DNA from: Candidatus Bathyarchaeota archaeon
GTDB lineage: Archaea > Thermoproteota > Bathyarchaeia > Bathyarchaeales > Bathycorpusculaceae
NCBI GenBank assembly: GCA_963811105.1
Contig: CAWEPZ010000011.1
Span: forward strand, 1,312,001 to 1,376,000
Direction of reading: 5' to 3'
Length of the DNA: 64,000 nt
Part shown: positions 1 to 10,187 of the stretch, piece after piece
Numbering within the stretch: position 1 is the stretch's first letter
How the letters are laid out: each line of letters starts with the position of its first letter
The notes under the pieces: model-generated
Told to the model about the DNA's origin: nothing
Databases searched by the model: none
What the model saw: only the letters and a program-made list of their open reading frames with translations
Translations under genes and position numbers: made by a program

Positions 1-2
1 GC

Positions 3-122
3 AAAAGTGAACAGTTGAAATCTCAATACGAAAAAACCGAGGATAAAGGTTATGGCTGTAACGCATGGGCTAGTGAGACAGAGCAACCAAAAAGCCTAAA
101 CCAAGTCACCGAGACAAACTAG
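3..122 (+). CDS. possible 3' end of a gene entering from the left edge (KSEQLKSQYEKTEDKGYGCNAW...)
   Basis: Open frame from position 3 to TAG at 120-122; no recognisable motif. Confidence 0.25.
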   Translation, partial: KSEQLKSQYEKTEDKGYGCNAWASETEQPKSLNQVTETN

Positions 123-259
123 AATTTGAGTTTGACAAATATAGTGAATATTTAATATTAATTTATTGCTTAACTATTGCAAAAATAACAAACTTAGCTA
201 AAAAAAAGCAATTAGTATAAACATACGAGCAATGAATATAAACATGAGAAAAGAGGTAA

Positions 260-400
260 ATGAAAATGTGTCAATTAAGAGCAGGTTTAGTTAAAAACTG
301 CCGCAGGTGCAAATCGTCTATTCGACTTAATTGTCCGATTAGAAAGAAAGTGAAAAAGAAAACTTACATAGACACCAAGAAGAAGGGCGAAAGTAAATAA
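260..400 (+). CDS. small basic Cys-rich protein, 46 aa (MKMCQLRAGLVKNCRRCKSSIRLNCPIRKKVKKK...)
   Basis: Manual translation (below ORF-track cutoff); GAGGT SD motif at 253-257; TATA-like TATAAA elements upstream; four Cys and a Lys-rich tail. Confidence 0.55.
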   Translation: MKMCQLRAGLVKNCRRCKSSIRLNCPIRKKVKKKTYIDTKKKGESK

Positions 401-612
401 CAACTAAGAGTGAAGCCAAATAACAACAGAGAAAAAACTGAATTAAACTAATCAGCGTATGCGCTGAAAACTAGCTTCACTTTCAGAAAATTGCCAAGTT
501 TATATCTAAGAACGCGTCTTGACACCCTTACCGAATCACAATATGTTCTAATGATGTAGAGAGAACGGATTTACTGCTTCTATCCGAAATATGTTTAAAT
601 GAGTGTTGAAAA

Positions 613-2781
613 TTGAACGAAGTTCAGCTGAAAGTTCTGGATTCCAGACAGAGAGATGTGGCAAGAGGAATCGCCAGAATAGACCAGATAACAATGCAGA
701 AGTTAGGAGTTTTATCTGGAGACGTAATAGAGTTCTCAGGGAAGAAAAAAACGTCGGCGAGCGCTTGGCCAGCGTACTCTGAAGACCAGGATCCAAACGT
801 TATGCGAATCGATGGGGTCTTACGTAAAAATGCTGGCGTATCAATAAACGATTTCGTTGTAGTTCGCAAGGCTGACGTTAAAAATGCCCTGAGCATAGTG
901 CTTGCTCCTGTGGATATGCAATTGAAAGTTGACGAAGACTTTGCAAATTTTGTGAAGAACAGACTTATAGATAGGACTTTTGTTGAGGGAGACAAGACGT
1001 CCGTTATGATGCTTGGTCATTCTGTTCAGTTCACTGTTGCGAAGATGCAGCCCCAAGGAATAGTAAAGATGACCAACGATACTATATTGCAGATATTAAC
1101 TGACCCCGTTGCTGAAGCTGAAAGTGTGCCACGTATCACCTATGAGGACTTAGGAGGTTTGGAGGAGGAGATTCAACGCATAAGGGAGATGGTTGAACTT
1201 CCAATGCGGCATCCCGAGATTTTCCAGAGGCTTGGAATAGATCCTCCGAAAGGGGTTCTACTGCTTGGTCCACCCGGCTGCGGAAAGACACTCCTAGCTA
1301 GAGCAGTAGCGAATGAGTCTGACGCAAACTTCTTCTCAATAAACGGGCCTGAGATAATAAGTAAGTTCTATGGGGAGTCGGAGGCGAAGCTTCGAGAAAT
1401 ATTTCAACAGGCTCATAAAAGCGCTCCGAGCATCATACTCATAGATGAGTTGGACTCCATCGCGCCCAAACGTGAGGAGGTTACTGGTGAAGTGGAGAAA
1501 AGGGTTGTCGCTCAGCTTCTATCTCTCATGGACGGATTGACTGGTAGAGGAAATGTCATAGTAATAGGTGCAACAAACAGACCGAATGCTTTGGATCCAG
1601 CTCTCAGGAGGCCTGGGCGGTTTGACCGCGAGATAGAGATAGGGACCCCGGACAAGCGGGGGCGTCATGAAATATTGTTGATTCATAGCAGAGGTATGCC
1701 CTTAGCCCGTGATGTTGAGTTAAAGGTGCTTGCTGAGCGGACGCACGGTTACACGGGTGCTGACTTGGCTGCCCTGTGTAGAGAGGCAGCTATGAAAGCT
1801 CTACTTAGGTATCTTCCCGAGATAAATCTGAAGGAAGAGCGAATACCTCCCTGCGTCCTGGAGAAGATGGATGTTCGAATAGATGATTTCATGAGCGCCT
1901 TCAAGGAGATTACACCTACAGCTATGAGGGAGATTGCTGTGGAAGTTCCGGTTGTTCATTGGGATGAAGTGGGAGGCTTGGAGGAGGTTAAAGAGAAGTT
2001 AAAGGAGGCTGTTGAGTGGCCGCTGAAAAATCCTGAAGTCTTCAAGAGATTGGGGATTCAGCCGCCTAAAGGTATACTGTTAATAGGCCCGCCTGGGTGT
2101 GGGAAGACAATGCTGGCTAGGGCTGTTGCAACTGAGAGCGAGGCAAACTTCATTTCGATTAAGAGTCCGGAGGTTTTCTCTAAGTGGGTTGGCGAGTCTG
2201 AAAAGGCTATTCGAGAGATTTTCAGGAAGGCTAGAATGGCTTCGCCAGCGGTCATATTCTTCGATGAAGTTGACTCTCTTGTTCCAAGGAGGGAGCAGGG
2301 TTACGGTGACAACGGAGTAACTGAACGCGTCATCAGCCAGCTTTTGACAGAAATGGATGGAATAATGCCCTTAGAAGACATCATAGTTATAGCTGCGACA
2401 AATAGGCCCGATATTGTCGACTCAGCCATATTAAGGCCAGGCAGATTCGATCGGCTAATTTATGTTCCAGAACCCGACGAAGCGGCCAGGCTTGAAATCT
2501 TTAAGATTCATACGAAGAATATGCCACTACAAAATCTTGTGGACATCAAGGCGTATCGCATGACGAAAGGTTACTCTGGCGCCGATATATCATCCGTTTG
2601 CAGGGAGGCCGCCATGAACGCTTTGAGAAGAGACAGCAACGCAAAAGAGGTTGCCTTCAGCGATTTTGAGAAAGCTATACACGAAGTTCCGCCGAGCATA
2701 TCGCCAGAAATTGAGATTTGGTATAGGAGTTTTATGAATCAGGTTCGAAGGCTGCAGAAGCCTGCGCCTTTTGTAGTGTAA
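613..2781 (+). CDS. cdc48: CDC48/VCP (VAT) AAA+ ATPase
   Basis: N-domain ([11 protein letters not shown]...), two AAA modules with Walker A GPPGCGKT, Walker [16 protein letters not shown] and second region of homology RPGRFDR. Confidence 0.96.
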   Translation: MNEVQLKVLDSRQRDVARGIARIDQITMQKLGVLSGDVIEFSGKKKTSASAWPAYSEDQDPNVMRIDGVLRKNAGVSINDFVVVRKADVKNALSIVLAPVDMQLKVDEDFANFVKNRLIDRTFVEGDKTSVMMLGHSVQFTVAKMQPQGIVKMTNDTILQILTDPVAEAESVPRITYEDLGGLEEEIQRIREMVELPMRHPEIFQRLGIDPPKGVLLLGPPGCGKTLLARAVANESDANFFSINGPEIISKFYGESEAKLREIFQQAHKSAPSIILIDELDSIAPKREEVTGEVEKRVVAQLLSLMDGLTGRGNVIVIGATNRPNALDPALRRPGRFDREIEIGTPDKRGRHEILLIHSRGMPLARDVELKVLAERTHGYTGADLAALCREAAMKALLRYLPEINLKEERIPPCVLEKMDVRIDDFMSAFKEITPTAMREIAVEVPVVHWDEVGGLEEVKEKLKEAVEWPLKNPEVFKRLGIQPPKGILLIGPPGCGKTMLARAVATESEANFISIKSPEVFSKWVGESEKAIREIFRKARMASPAVIFFDEVDSLVPRREQGYGDNGVTERVISQLLTEMDGIMPLEDIIVIAATNRPDIVDSAILRPGRFDRLIYVPEPDEAARLEIFKIHTKNMPLQNLVDIKAYRMTKGYSGADISSVCREAAMNALRRDSNAKEVAFSDFEKAIHEVPPSISPEIEIWYRSFMNQVRRLQKPAPFVV

Positions 2782-3237
2782 TTCCGGAAGGGACAGATAA
2801 ACGTGAATTTACGCTGTGAGTCGATTCAGCTTTATTAGGGTCTTCCCAAAGAAAGAGTGCGATGAATGGTTCCCCCAAATTTGGAACGCAACAGGAACCC
2901 GCCAAACAGAGAACCAGGTCGAAAGGAGAATTGCTTACTTCTCCCAGGAAATCGTAATTCGATTCGTGATGTTCTTCATTAAAAGGCGATAAAGCATTAG
3001 AAAGTAATAACCATAAGAAAGTGTAACGAACCGTGTTTTATCGGCAAAGAAATGAAATAATGTGTAAAAAAAGTTTATTAGAGCTGTACAGGTTGTGTGT
3101 ACGGCTCTTAAAAATTGGAGACTGTTTTTCGAGTTGGATGATTCAACATCAGAGGAAATCAAAAGTTCGAGAAGATCCGCATTCGAAAAGCACATTCACA
3201 CATGAATATCGTTTCGTAATTAAACTAACGGGGATAA

Positions 3238-6200
3238 ATGACTTTGACTGAAATTTCAAAAGAAGATATACATTTGTTGTTAAAATCTTTCTTCCACGAG
3301 AAAGGACTAGTTAGACAGCATCTGGATTCTTATAACGAGTTTATCGATCATGGATTGCAGGAGGTGGTGGATGAGGTTGGCGAAATCAATATTGAAGTTC
3401 CTGAATGTCCGTACAAGGTGAAGCTTGGGCAGGTTTGGGTGATAGATCCTCAATCAAGGATAACAGGGCCATACGTGGTAGAAGTAGATGGCGGTAAACA
3501 CGAAATTTACCCCATGGAAGCTAGACTCAGGAACCTTGCATACGCCGTGCCAGTGGCGCTTGAAATGACGCCCATAATAGATGGGAGAGAACAGGACACC
3601 GAACTTGTCTACATCGGCAACATTCCAGTCATGCTGAAATCGAAACTTTGCTTCTTATCCCAGCTTTCAACGGAGGAACTTATTGCTGCTGGAGAAGACC
3701 CTGATGACCAAGGCGGATACTTTGTTGTTAACGGGTCTGAACGCGTTATCATTGCCATGGAGGATCTGGCACCTAATCGCGTACTTGTTGACATTGACGA
3801 GAAAGGAACCTCACCAGTTTTTCAAGCAAAAATTTTCTCAACCACAGTCGGCTTCAGGGCTAGAATCGAACTTAAACTCAAATCGGACGATGCCATCTAC
3901 GTCACCATGCCAGGATTACCAACAGAAATCCCGTTCGTTGTCATAATGCGTGCGTTAAGCTTAGAAAAAGACAAAGATATTGCAGAAGCGGTCTCACTTG
4001 ATAGCGAAATGCAAAGCCACTTGGCCGCTTCATTTGAAAAAGCCATCGGTGTAGACACACCCGCTGACGCAATCCTATTCATTGGTAACCGTGTAGCTCA
4101 CGGGCAGGTTGAAGAATACCGCTTACTGAAAGCTGAGACTGCCCTTGACAAAAATTTCCTGCCCCACCTTGGCAGAAGCGACGCGAACCGAAAGGAAAAA
4201 GCAATTTTCCTAGGCGAAATGGCATACAGAGTTATACAGTTGAAAACAGGTAGACGGCAACCTGATGATAAAGATCATTTCAAGAATAAACGTTTGCGTC
4301 TCGGAGGTCCGCTTCTTGCAGACCTTTTCCGTGTCTCATTTAGAAACTTGACGAGAGACATGAAATACCAGCTTGAACGGATAGGCGTTAAAGGTCCAAT
4401 CATTAATGTTTCAGCGGCTGTTCGCTCTGGCATTATAACAGAACGTTTTCAGCATGCGTTGGCAACGGGCAACTGGGGAAGAGGCAGAGTCGGCATCACT
4501 CAGCTTTTAGACAGAACCAACTTCATCTCTACCCTAAGCCACTTACGCAGGCTTCAGTCGCCCCTGAGCAGAAGCCAACCTAACTTTGAAGCCAGAGACT
4601 TGCACCCAACCCATTGGGGACGCTTATGCCCTAACGAGACGCCTGAAGGCTCCAATTGTGGCTTAGTCAAAAACCTAGCATTGTCAGCTTCCATAGCAGT
4701 CGGTGTAAACCCTGACAAAATTAAGCAATTACTTTTTGAAATGGGTGCTGTTCCGGCAGGTGAAGCCAGCCGTGATTTACGTATTTCGGGAGCCAAAGTT
4801 TTCTTGGACGGAAACATCATTGCCTATTGCAATAACCCAATAGAAATTGTGAAGTCTTTCCGGGAAAAAAGGCGAGCTGGAGAAATCTCAACGGAGGCAA
4901 ACGTAACATATTTCTCAAAAATGCAAACTGAAACCGAAGAAGTTCATGCTAACTGTGACGAAGGCAGGGTAAGACGCCCACTCATAATTGTTGAGAATGG
5001 CGCTTCAAAACTTCAATCTAAACATTTTGAAAAGATTGGTTTAGGCGAGTGGACGTGGGAAGACGTGGTTAAGAACGGTTTGATTGAGTATTTAGACGCT
5101 GAAGAAGAGGAAAACGCTTTCATCGCCTTAACCTTCGACAAAATTGAGCCTCAAAACACTCATGTTGAAATAGCTACTTACACGATTCTCGGCATATGCG
5201 CTTCAACAATCCCCTATCCAGAACACAACCAGTCGCCTCGTAACTCGTACCAAGCAGCTATGGCTAAGCAAGCGTTGGGCGTTTATTGCACCAACTTCCA
5301 TCACCGAGTTGATTCACGCTCGCACATACTCCACTACCCGCAAGTCCCAATGGTTGAAACGGAATTAATGGAAGTCATGGGCTACAAGCAACGTCCTACA
5401 GGACAAAATTGCGTCGTCGCGGTGCTCAGCTTCGAAGGCTATAACATGGAAGACGCTCTAATATTCAATAAAGCATCAGTAGATCGTGGCTTAGCCAGAT
5501 CCACATTCTACCGCATTTACGAAGCTGAATGCCGCCAGTATCTAGGCGGATTAAAAGACAAGTTTACCGTTCCAGAACCTGGAACCCGTGGTTACCGCGG
5601 CGAACAATATTACAGGCTTTTGGAACCTGATGGAATAATCAGTTTAGAATCGCAAGTGGTCGGCGGAGATGTTTTAATCGGAAGAATTAGCCCGCCCAGA
5701 TTTCTTGAAGAATATAAAGAATTTGAAGTTAAAGGTCCCTCGATGCGTGATACTTCAGTTGACATGCGTCCCTCAGAAACAGGCGTCGTCGACAAGATCT
5801 TCATAACTCAGTCTGGAGGAGGAAGCAAACTCGTAAAGGTAAGAATCCGCGATCAACGTGTTCCAGAGTTAGGCGACAAGTTTGCCTCTAGACACGGTCA
5901 AAAAGGAGTAATCGGTCTAATCGTACCGCAAGAAGATTTGCCCTTCACGGATGAAGGAATTGTACCTGACCTAATAATCAATCCACATGCCATCCCCTCA
6001 AGAATGACCATCGGTCAATTCATCGAGTCACTCGCTGGAAAAGCTGCTTCGGCGAGAGGTAAACCAGCAAATGGTACACCATTTTCCAACGAAGGACCCG
6101 ACGAAATACGCAAGAGCCTTGTAAAACTCGGCTTTAGTCACACTGGAGGCGAAGTCTTCTATAGCGGTACAACAGGCGAAAAATTCGTTGCAGATGTATT

Positions 6201-6609
6201 CGTCGGCGTAGTTTACTACCAGAAACTTCACCACATGGTTGCGGACAAGATTCACGCAAGAGCCAGAGGTCAAGTACAGATGTTAACACGGCAACCAACT
6301 GAAGGCAGAGCTAGAGGTGGCGGTCTCAGGTTCGGAGAAATGGAGCGAGATTGCCTAATTGGACACGGCGCAGCCATGCTGCTCAGCGACAGAATGCTGG
6401 AAGAGTCAGACAAGTACACGCTTTACATCTGCGAGAACTGTGGGGAAATAGCCTACTATGATATGAAACAGAGGCGGTATGTGTGTAAAATCTGCGACGA
6501 AAAAGCCAAAGTTTCCCCAGTAATCGTCTCTTACGCTTTTAAGCTTCTGTTGCAGGAGCTCAAGAGTCTGTGTATAACTCCCAAATTAAGACTAAAGGAG
6601 AAGGCATAA
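3238..6609 (+). CDS. rpoB: DNA-directed RNA polymerase subunit B (Rpo2), unsplit
   Basis: GDKFASRHGQKG, KLHHMVADKIHAR, GGLRFGEMERDC and C-terminal Zn site CENCG...CKIC. Confidence 0.98.
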   Translation: MTLTEISKEDIHLLLKSFFHEKGLVRQHLDSYNEFIDHGLQEVVDEVGEINIEVPECPYKVKLGQVWVIDPQSRITGPYVVEVDGGKHEIYPMEARLRNLAYAVPVALEMTPIIDGREQDTELVYIGNIPVMLKSKLCFLSQLSTEELIAAGEDPDDQGGYFVVNGSERVIIAMEDLAPNRVLVDIDEKGTSPVFQAKIFSTTVGFRARIELKLKSDDAIYVTMPGLPTEIPFVVIMRALSLEKDKDIAEAVSLDSEMQSHLAASFEKAIGVDTPADAILFIGNRVAHGQVEEYRLLKAETALDKNFLPHLGRSDANRKEKAIFLGEMAYRVIQLKTGRRQPDDKDHFKNKRLRLGGPLLADLFRVSFRNLTRDMKYQLERIGVKGPIINVSAAVRSGIITERFQHALATGNWGRGRVGITQLLDRTNFISTLSHLRRLQSPLSRSQPNFEARDLHPTHWGRLCPNETPEGSNCGLVKNLALSASIAVGVNPDKIKQLLFEMGAVPAGEASRDLRISGAKVFLDGNIIAYCNNPIEIVKSFREKRRAGEISTEANVTYFSKMQTETEEVHANCDEGRVRRPLIIVENGASKLQSKHFEKIGLGEWTWEDVVKNGLIEYLDAEEEENAFIALTFDKIEPQNTHVEIATYTILGICASTIPYPEHNQSPRNSYQAAMAKQALGVYCTNFHHRVDSRSHILHYPQVPMVETELMEVMGYKQRPTGQNCVVAVLSFEGYNMEDALIFNKASVDRGLARSTFYRIYEAECRQYLGGLKDKFTVPEPGTRGYRGEQYYRLLEPDGIISLESQVVGGDVLIGRISPPRFLEEYKEFEVKGPSMRDTSVDMRPSETGVVDKIFITQSGGGSKLVKVRIRDQRVPELGDKFASRHGQKGVIGLIVPQEDLPFTDEGIVPDLIINPHAIPSRMTIGQFIESLAGKAASARGKPANGTPFSNEGPDEIRKSLVKLGFSHTGGEVFYSGTTGEKFVADVFVGVVYYQKLHHMVADKIHARARGQVQMLTRQPTEGRARGGGLRFGEMERDCLIGHGAAMLLSDRMLEESDKYTLYICENCGEIAYYDMKQRRYVCKICDEKAKVSPVIVSYAFKLLLQELKSLCITPKLRLKEKA

Positions 6610-6610
6610 A

Positions 6611-6715
6611 ATGGCTATAGATGAGATAACCCAGAGCTTTTGACGAAATCTCATTCGGTCTGATTTCATCGTAGACCTCCGCAAACAATCAGTCGTGGAA
6701 ATCCTAACACCCGAT
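6611..6715 (+). pseudogene. rpoA1: frameshifted N-terminal remnant of RNA polymerase subunit A' (Rpo1N)
   Basis: ATG 1 nt after the rpoB stop. Reading across two frameshifts gives MAIDEITQ..DEISFGLIS..DLRKQSVVEILTPD, which resembles the Rpo1N start (I.FG.LSP..IR.MSV.EI.TPD); similarity then ends. Confidence 0.75.
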
Positions 6716-6746
6716 AGGAGTATATTGCGCTTCCCCAAAAAAAGCG

Positions 6747-6835
6747 TTTGGGCCTGTCGTGGTTCTTAAAATTTGAGGTATCAGGAAAAACAAAAAGTGT
6801 CAAAAACTTGTTTTTCAGGCATTTAGAGGCCCAAA
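6747..6835. repeat. nested inverted repeats (possible hairpin, terminator or element scar)
   Basis: TTTGGGCCT 6747-6755 pairs with AGGCCCAAA 6827-6835; GAAAAACAA 6785-6793 pairs with TTGTTTTTC 6808-6816. Confidence 0.45.
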
Positions 6836-6883
6836 ACACTTGGCGCCTTAATGTTTGCCTATTGCGTGTTTCGCAAAGTATTC

Positions 6884-7171
6884 CTACTCTTTTGTAAGCA
6901 TTATTTCAATTGTTGAAACCATTCGTGCTCTGGTTTCGCCTTCTCTTGGCGGCATCTCCTCTGTTCCTATCACGATTTTATGTACTTTCAGGTCTTTTAG
7001 GAATCGATTTCTCGTTATTTCAGCTGCGTCAACAGCTGTAGTTATTGATTTTCCTCTGGCCTTTAAGGTTATATCTTTAGCATCGCTCGCCGACAAGCCT
7101 GTAATAATCGCCAAAACATAGTCCATCGGCATCTTATTTCCAACGAAAACAATTCTTGATTTTTCCGACAT
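6884..7171 (-). CDS. albA: Alba nucleic-acid-binding chromatin protein
   Basis: VFVGNK..MDYVLA, LKARGKSITTAVDAAE, VSTIEIML. Confidence 0.95.
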   Translation of the reverse strand: MSEKSRIVFVGNKMPMDYVLAIITGLSASDAKDITLKARGKSITTAVDAAEITRNRFLKDLKVHKIVIGTEEMPPREGETRARMVSTIEIMLTKE

Positions 7172-7562
7172 TTTCCATCACCATTTAATCATAACGTTAC
7201 TGCCCTATACTACGCAACTGCCCTATAAAGCGATTAAACAACAGAGCAGTCTGAAGATGTTTCAGTGTGGCTCCCTTATCCCAAAAGGTCGCCAGCCCGA
7301 AACTGGTCCGACTTGCACTGGACACTGAACGTTTGCCCAACATGTTTTTCGATGTTTTCTTGACTGTGAACGATTTTCGAGCTGATGGTTTACAAGGATT
7401 TAATTAGACTAATGGAGCCGTTTCCAAAGATGACGTCCGCGTTTTGAAGTTAGGCTGCTCTTGATAGGGGATTTGCTTAATATTTTAAACACATCCCAAT
7501 AGAATAGTAAAAACAGAATAAAAACAAAAGAAGGTTATTTTGACAGTGAAAATTTAACCGAC

Positions 7563-7757
7563 TAAGCGGTTATGCCTGTGATTTCACAGATTGAGGTGGG
7601 TCTGCGTATTTTTGGTGTGAGGATTTCCCATACTTTGCCTTTGGTATTCATGTCTTCATCTATGAAGTTGTTGACGGATACTTCTTGCTCGATTATTAAT
7701 CGTGCACGTTTTGTTAGCTTTTCTAAATATTGGTGTGTTCTTTGAAGCGTGAAGAAG
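7563..7757 (-). pseudogene. decayed gene 3' fragment (FFTLQRTHQYLEKLTKRARL...ICEITGITA*), possibly transposase-derived
   Basis: Open 60+ codon frame on the minus strand with no convincing start, in an AT-rich accessory region; the transposase assignment is a guess. Confidence 0.25.
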
Positions 7758-8112
7758 CAATATTAGTTTTAAAAGAGCTTTTTGAAAAATGCACTTTTCT
7801 TGATGGACGTTATTTGGCATTAATGCCAGCGGAAGCCCTACCTTAATGTCTCAAAAGTATCAAATTCTGATTAAGACCTCTCTTGACGAAGAAACAAGAA
7901 ACTGTATGCAAGATATTCTGATAAAATATCTGCTTACCATTAAAATTAAAGAAGAAAATACATTCATCATTTATCGACCAATTCAAGATAAAGAATAAAG
8001 GTTGAAGGCGAAAATATATGGAAAACTCTCCAAAATCCAAGCCACAGTAAACAATCTATAGAGCAAAGTTTCGTAGTAAAGCATTAAATATGACTAGAGA
8101 TAATCACAGGTT

Positions 8113-8220
8113 ATGACTGTTCTGGGTAGCAAGTGTTTCTGTGGAGGAAACGCTAATGTTTTCGAGGGCGGCGAGCAGTTCTGTAACGACTGTTACCTGA
8201 AGAAGAAGGGCAGACGTTAA
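8113..8220 (+). CDS. micro Zn-finger protein, 35 aa (MTVLGSKCFCGGNANVFEGGEQFCNDCYLKKKGRR)
   Basis: Manual translation; CxC...CxxC and basic tail; BRE/TATA-like AAAGCATTAAATA about 25-35 nt upstream. Confidence 0.6.
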   Translation: MTVLGSKCFCGGNANVFEGGEQFCNDCYLKKKGRR

Positions 8221-8275
8221 ACAACTTTGAATTTCTTAGGGCGTTCATCATACAGATTAGTTGGAGATAGAATTA

Positions 8276-8404
8276 ATGTCTAAAGAATTTGTAAAAGATT
8301 GTCCTTGTCCTTACTGTGGAAGTAGCAACATTGAAAACACAGACAAAGAAATAAAATGTCTTGATTGTGGAATGGGTAAATATAAAGTTGGCAAAGGTAA
8401 ATAA
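8276..8404 (+). CDS. CPxCG Zn-ribbon microprotein, 42 aa (MSKEFVKDCPCPYCGSSNIENTDKEIKCLDCGMGKYKVGKGK)
   Basis: Manual translation; GGAG SD at 8263-8266; CPYCG...CLDCG motifs. Confidence 0.7.
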   Translation: MSKEFVKDCPCPYCGSSNIENTDKEIKCLDCGMGKYKVGKGK

Positions 8405-8431
8405 ATAATAATTTTGAAATAGTTATTCTCA

Positions 8432-8677
8432 GTGCACTCAAAACTGAATAGCGTAAATGCCTTAAAGGGAATAGCTAACAGGTGGATACCTTATGTCATT
8501 CAACAACAGTTAAACGCTAAATCCGACGGAAAATCAGCGGTTTATTGGTTAGATGGCATTCCGAAATCCGATGATGCAGAACTTAAGGAAGGCGGGTTAA
8601 AGGCTTTTTCAGGTTCTGGTATACTATCTAGTGGTAGGCTAACTTTTTCTCCCTTTTACAATTCGGGTGATGATTGA
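8432..8677 (+). CDS. hypothetical protein or gene fragment
   Basis: 81-aa ORF with protein-like composition and no motif. Confidence 0.25.
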   Translation: MHSKLNSVNALKGIANRWIPYVIQQQLNAKSDGKSAVYWLDGIPKSDDAELKEGGLKAFSGSGILSSGRLTFSPFYNSGDD

Positions 8678-8810
8678 TTTTTACCAAAAGAATAAAAAAC
8701 TGTGAAAACCAAATAGTTTTTCTTGAGAGGTTTTTGGTGTGTACATAGCGCCATCATCATAGAAAGGCTTAAGCCTACTTTGGAAAATAGGATACTGAGG
8801 AGCTTATGAA

Positions 8811-9320
8811 ATGGTTAACGAAAGAATTAATGAGACTAAACAAAAAATTTTAGATTGGCTTAAAGAAGAAGCTTTTTCCGCAGAAGAAAAAGCTGACCCA
8901 AACGCATTTTTCAATATACAAGCAACTAGGAATAACATGGGGGTCAACATTATCCAGGCTATTCCTCGCAATGATAGTTTCTTTGTAGTAGCAAACATAA
9001 TCACAGCTGAAGAGGAACAAACTTTCTTGAAGGGTATGGGTTCTGAGAAAAGGCTAGATTTTATTTGGGATTTGCAAATGAACCTTCTTAAGAACAATGA
9101 ACTTGGCGATTTTGCTTTTAAACCAAAAGCTCCAGAGGAAATACAAATAATAACTATCACTTCAAGGGCAATTTTTTATGATGAGTTAACAAAAGCAAAA
9201 CTCCATTTCACAATACACGTTGTTCTAAAAGCTATGGTAATGACTATGTGGATGTTGCAAAAATATGCAGGAATAGCCCTTCCGAAGATAAACCAGAAAA
9301 AGCAAGACTATTCTATGTAG
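8811..9320 (+). CDS. DUF2299-like archaeal protein
   Basis: GAGGAG SD; KQKILDWLKEE N-terminus and IFYDELTK motif recalled as typical of this family. Confidence 0.65.
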   Translation: MVNERINETKQKILDWLKEEAFSAEEKADPNAFFNIQATRNNMGVNIIQAIPRNDSFFVVANIITAEEEQTFLKGMGSEKRLDFIWDLQMNLLKNNELGDFAFKPKAPEEIQIITITSRAIFYDELTKAKLHFTIHVVLKAMVMTMWMLQKYAGIALPKINQKKQDYSM

Positions 9321-9659
9321 TAACTTCCAGTTTTGTTTACTTTTTTCTTCTAAGGTATTGACGTGAGTTACACAGGTCGTTCAAAGGGTTCTTATGGGCT
9401 TATAATGTTTCAGCGTTTTCATGCTTAAAGTGAATCTTCGGGGAACACAGTAAAGTGATACAACATAGTCACCGAATTGCTCTTTAAGGCATCCATTTAC
9501 AAGCAAAAGACGCCGAAAATGAAGGCTTCATTGTTACGTGGAACCTTCCCTGGTGCTTTCACGGGGTTTTCGAACTTAAGCAAATTGTGCTTTTAGAATT
9601 AGCGTCTGAAATGGGTATATAAAGTCATTTTACCTTTTTAATATGACAGGTTGAATGTT

Positions 9660-9884
9660 ATGCCGAAATGTCCAAATTGTACAGCTCATATGAAAGAACC
9701 AGATAAAGAATGGAACTTTGGGCAATTTCGAGTAAAGATGTATAAGTGCACTAAATGCGGAAATCAATTTAGAGAATACTTCAAAGAAAACACTTTGAAA
9801 TTTACTTTGAGCGCACACAACGGTGGCTTGGGAAAGACCAGAGTGAGCAAAGAAACAACGGATAGACACAAGTTCTATCAATAA
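9660..9884 (+). CDS. Zn-ribbon protein, Cren7-like (CPNC...PDKEW...YKCTKCGNQFREY)
   Basis: Two CxxC knuckles with P-x-K-x-W and F-R motifs reminiscent of Cren7; strong TATA box (TATATAAA) at about 9617. Confidence 0.7.
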   Translation: MPKCPNCTAHMKEPDKEWNFGQFRVKMYKCTKCGNQFREYFKENTLKFTLSAHNGGLGKTRVSKETTDRHKFYQ

Positions 9885-10187
9885 CTCTTCTCTCTCGCGA
9901 ATATTGGTTCTTTCTCATTTGCATCCCTGATTTTTGTCACGTTTAGGTGCTTGTAACTAGCGCGCATGGCTGTTCCTAAATTAGTTTGCGAAGTATCGTA
10001 TGCTTCTTTATTTGCCTATTTTGTGCGTGTCTTTATAAGAGCTCGAGACTACTCATGATATGGCAGCGTTTAGCGGGTTTTACAGTGTTGAATCCTCTTT
10101 TTCCATGAATTCGCTGCAATATGGGCGCGGGCTAAGATCTGCTAGATGCTGCTTATAGAAGAAGGATGAAAAATACAAGAAGGAGAG

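Noticed and set aside
3033-3251. 72-aa ORF upstream of rpoB as an intact rpoH
   Set aside because: Lacks the HxLVPxH and LPxI...DP motifs; only a faint YRFVI resemblance at the end
7230-7480. Minus-strand fragment NADVIFGNGSISLI resembling a PLP aminotransferase motif
   Set aside because: Too short and interrupted to assign
9490-9580. Fragment DAENEGFIVTWNLPWCFHG resembling a HicB antitoxin N-terminus
   Set aside because: No start, no partner toxin; similarity could be chance
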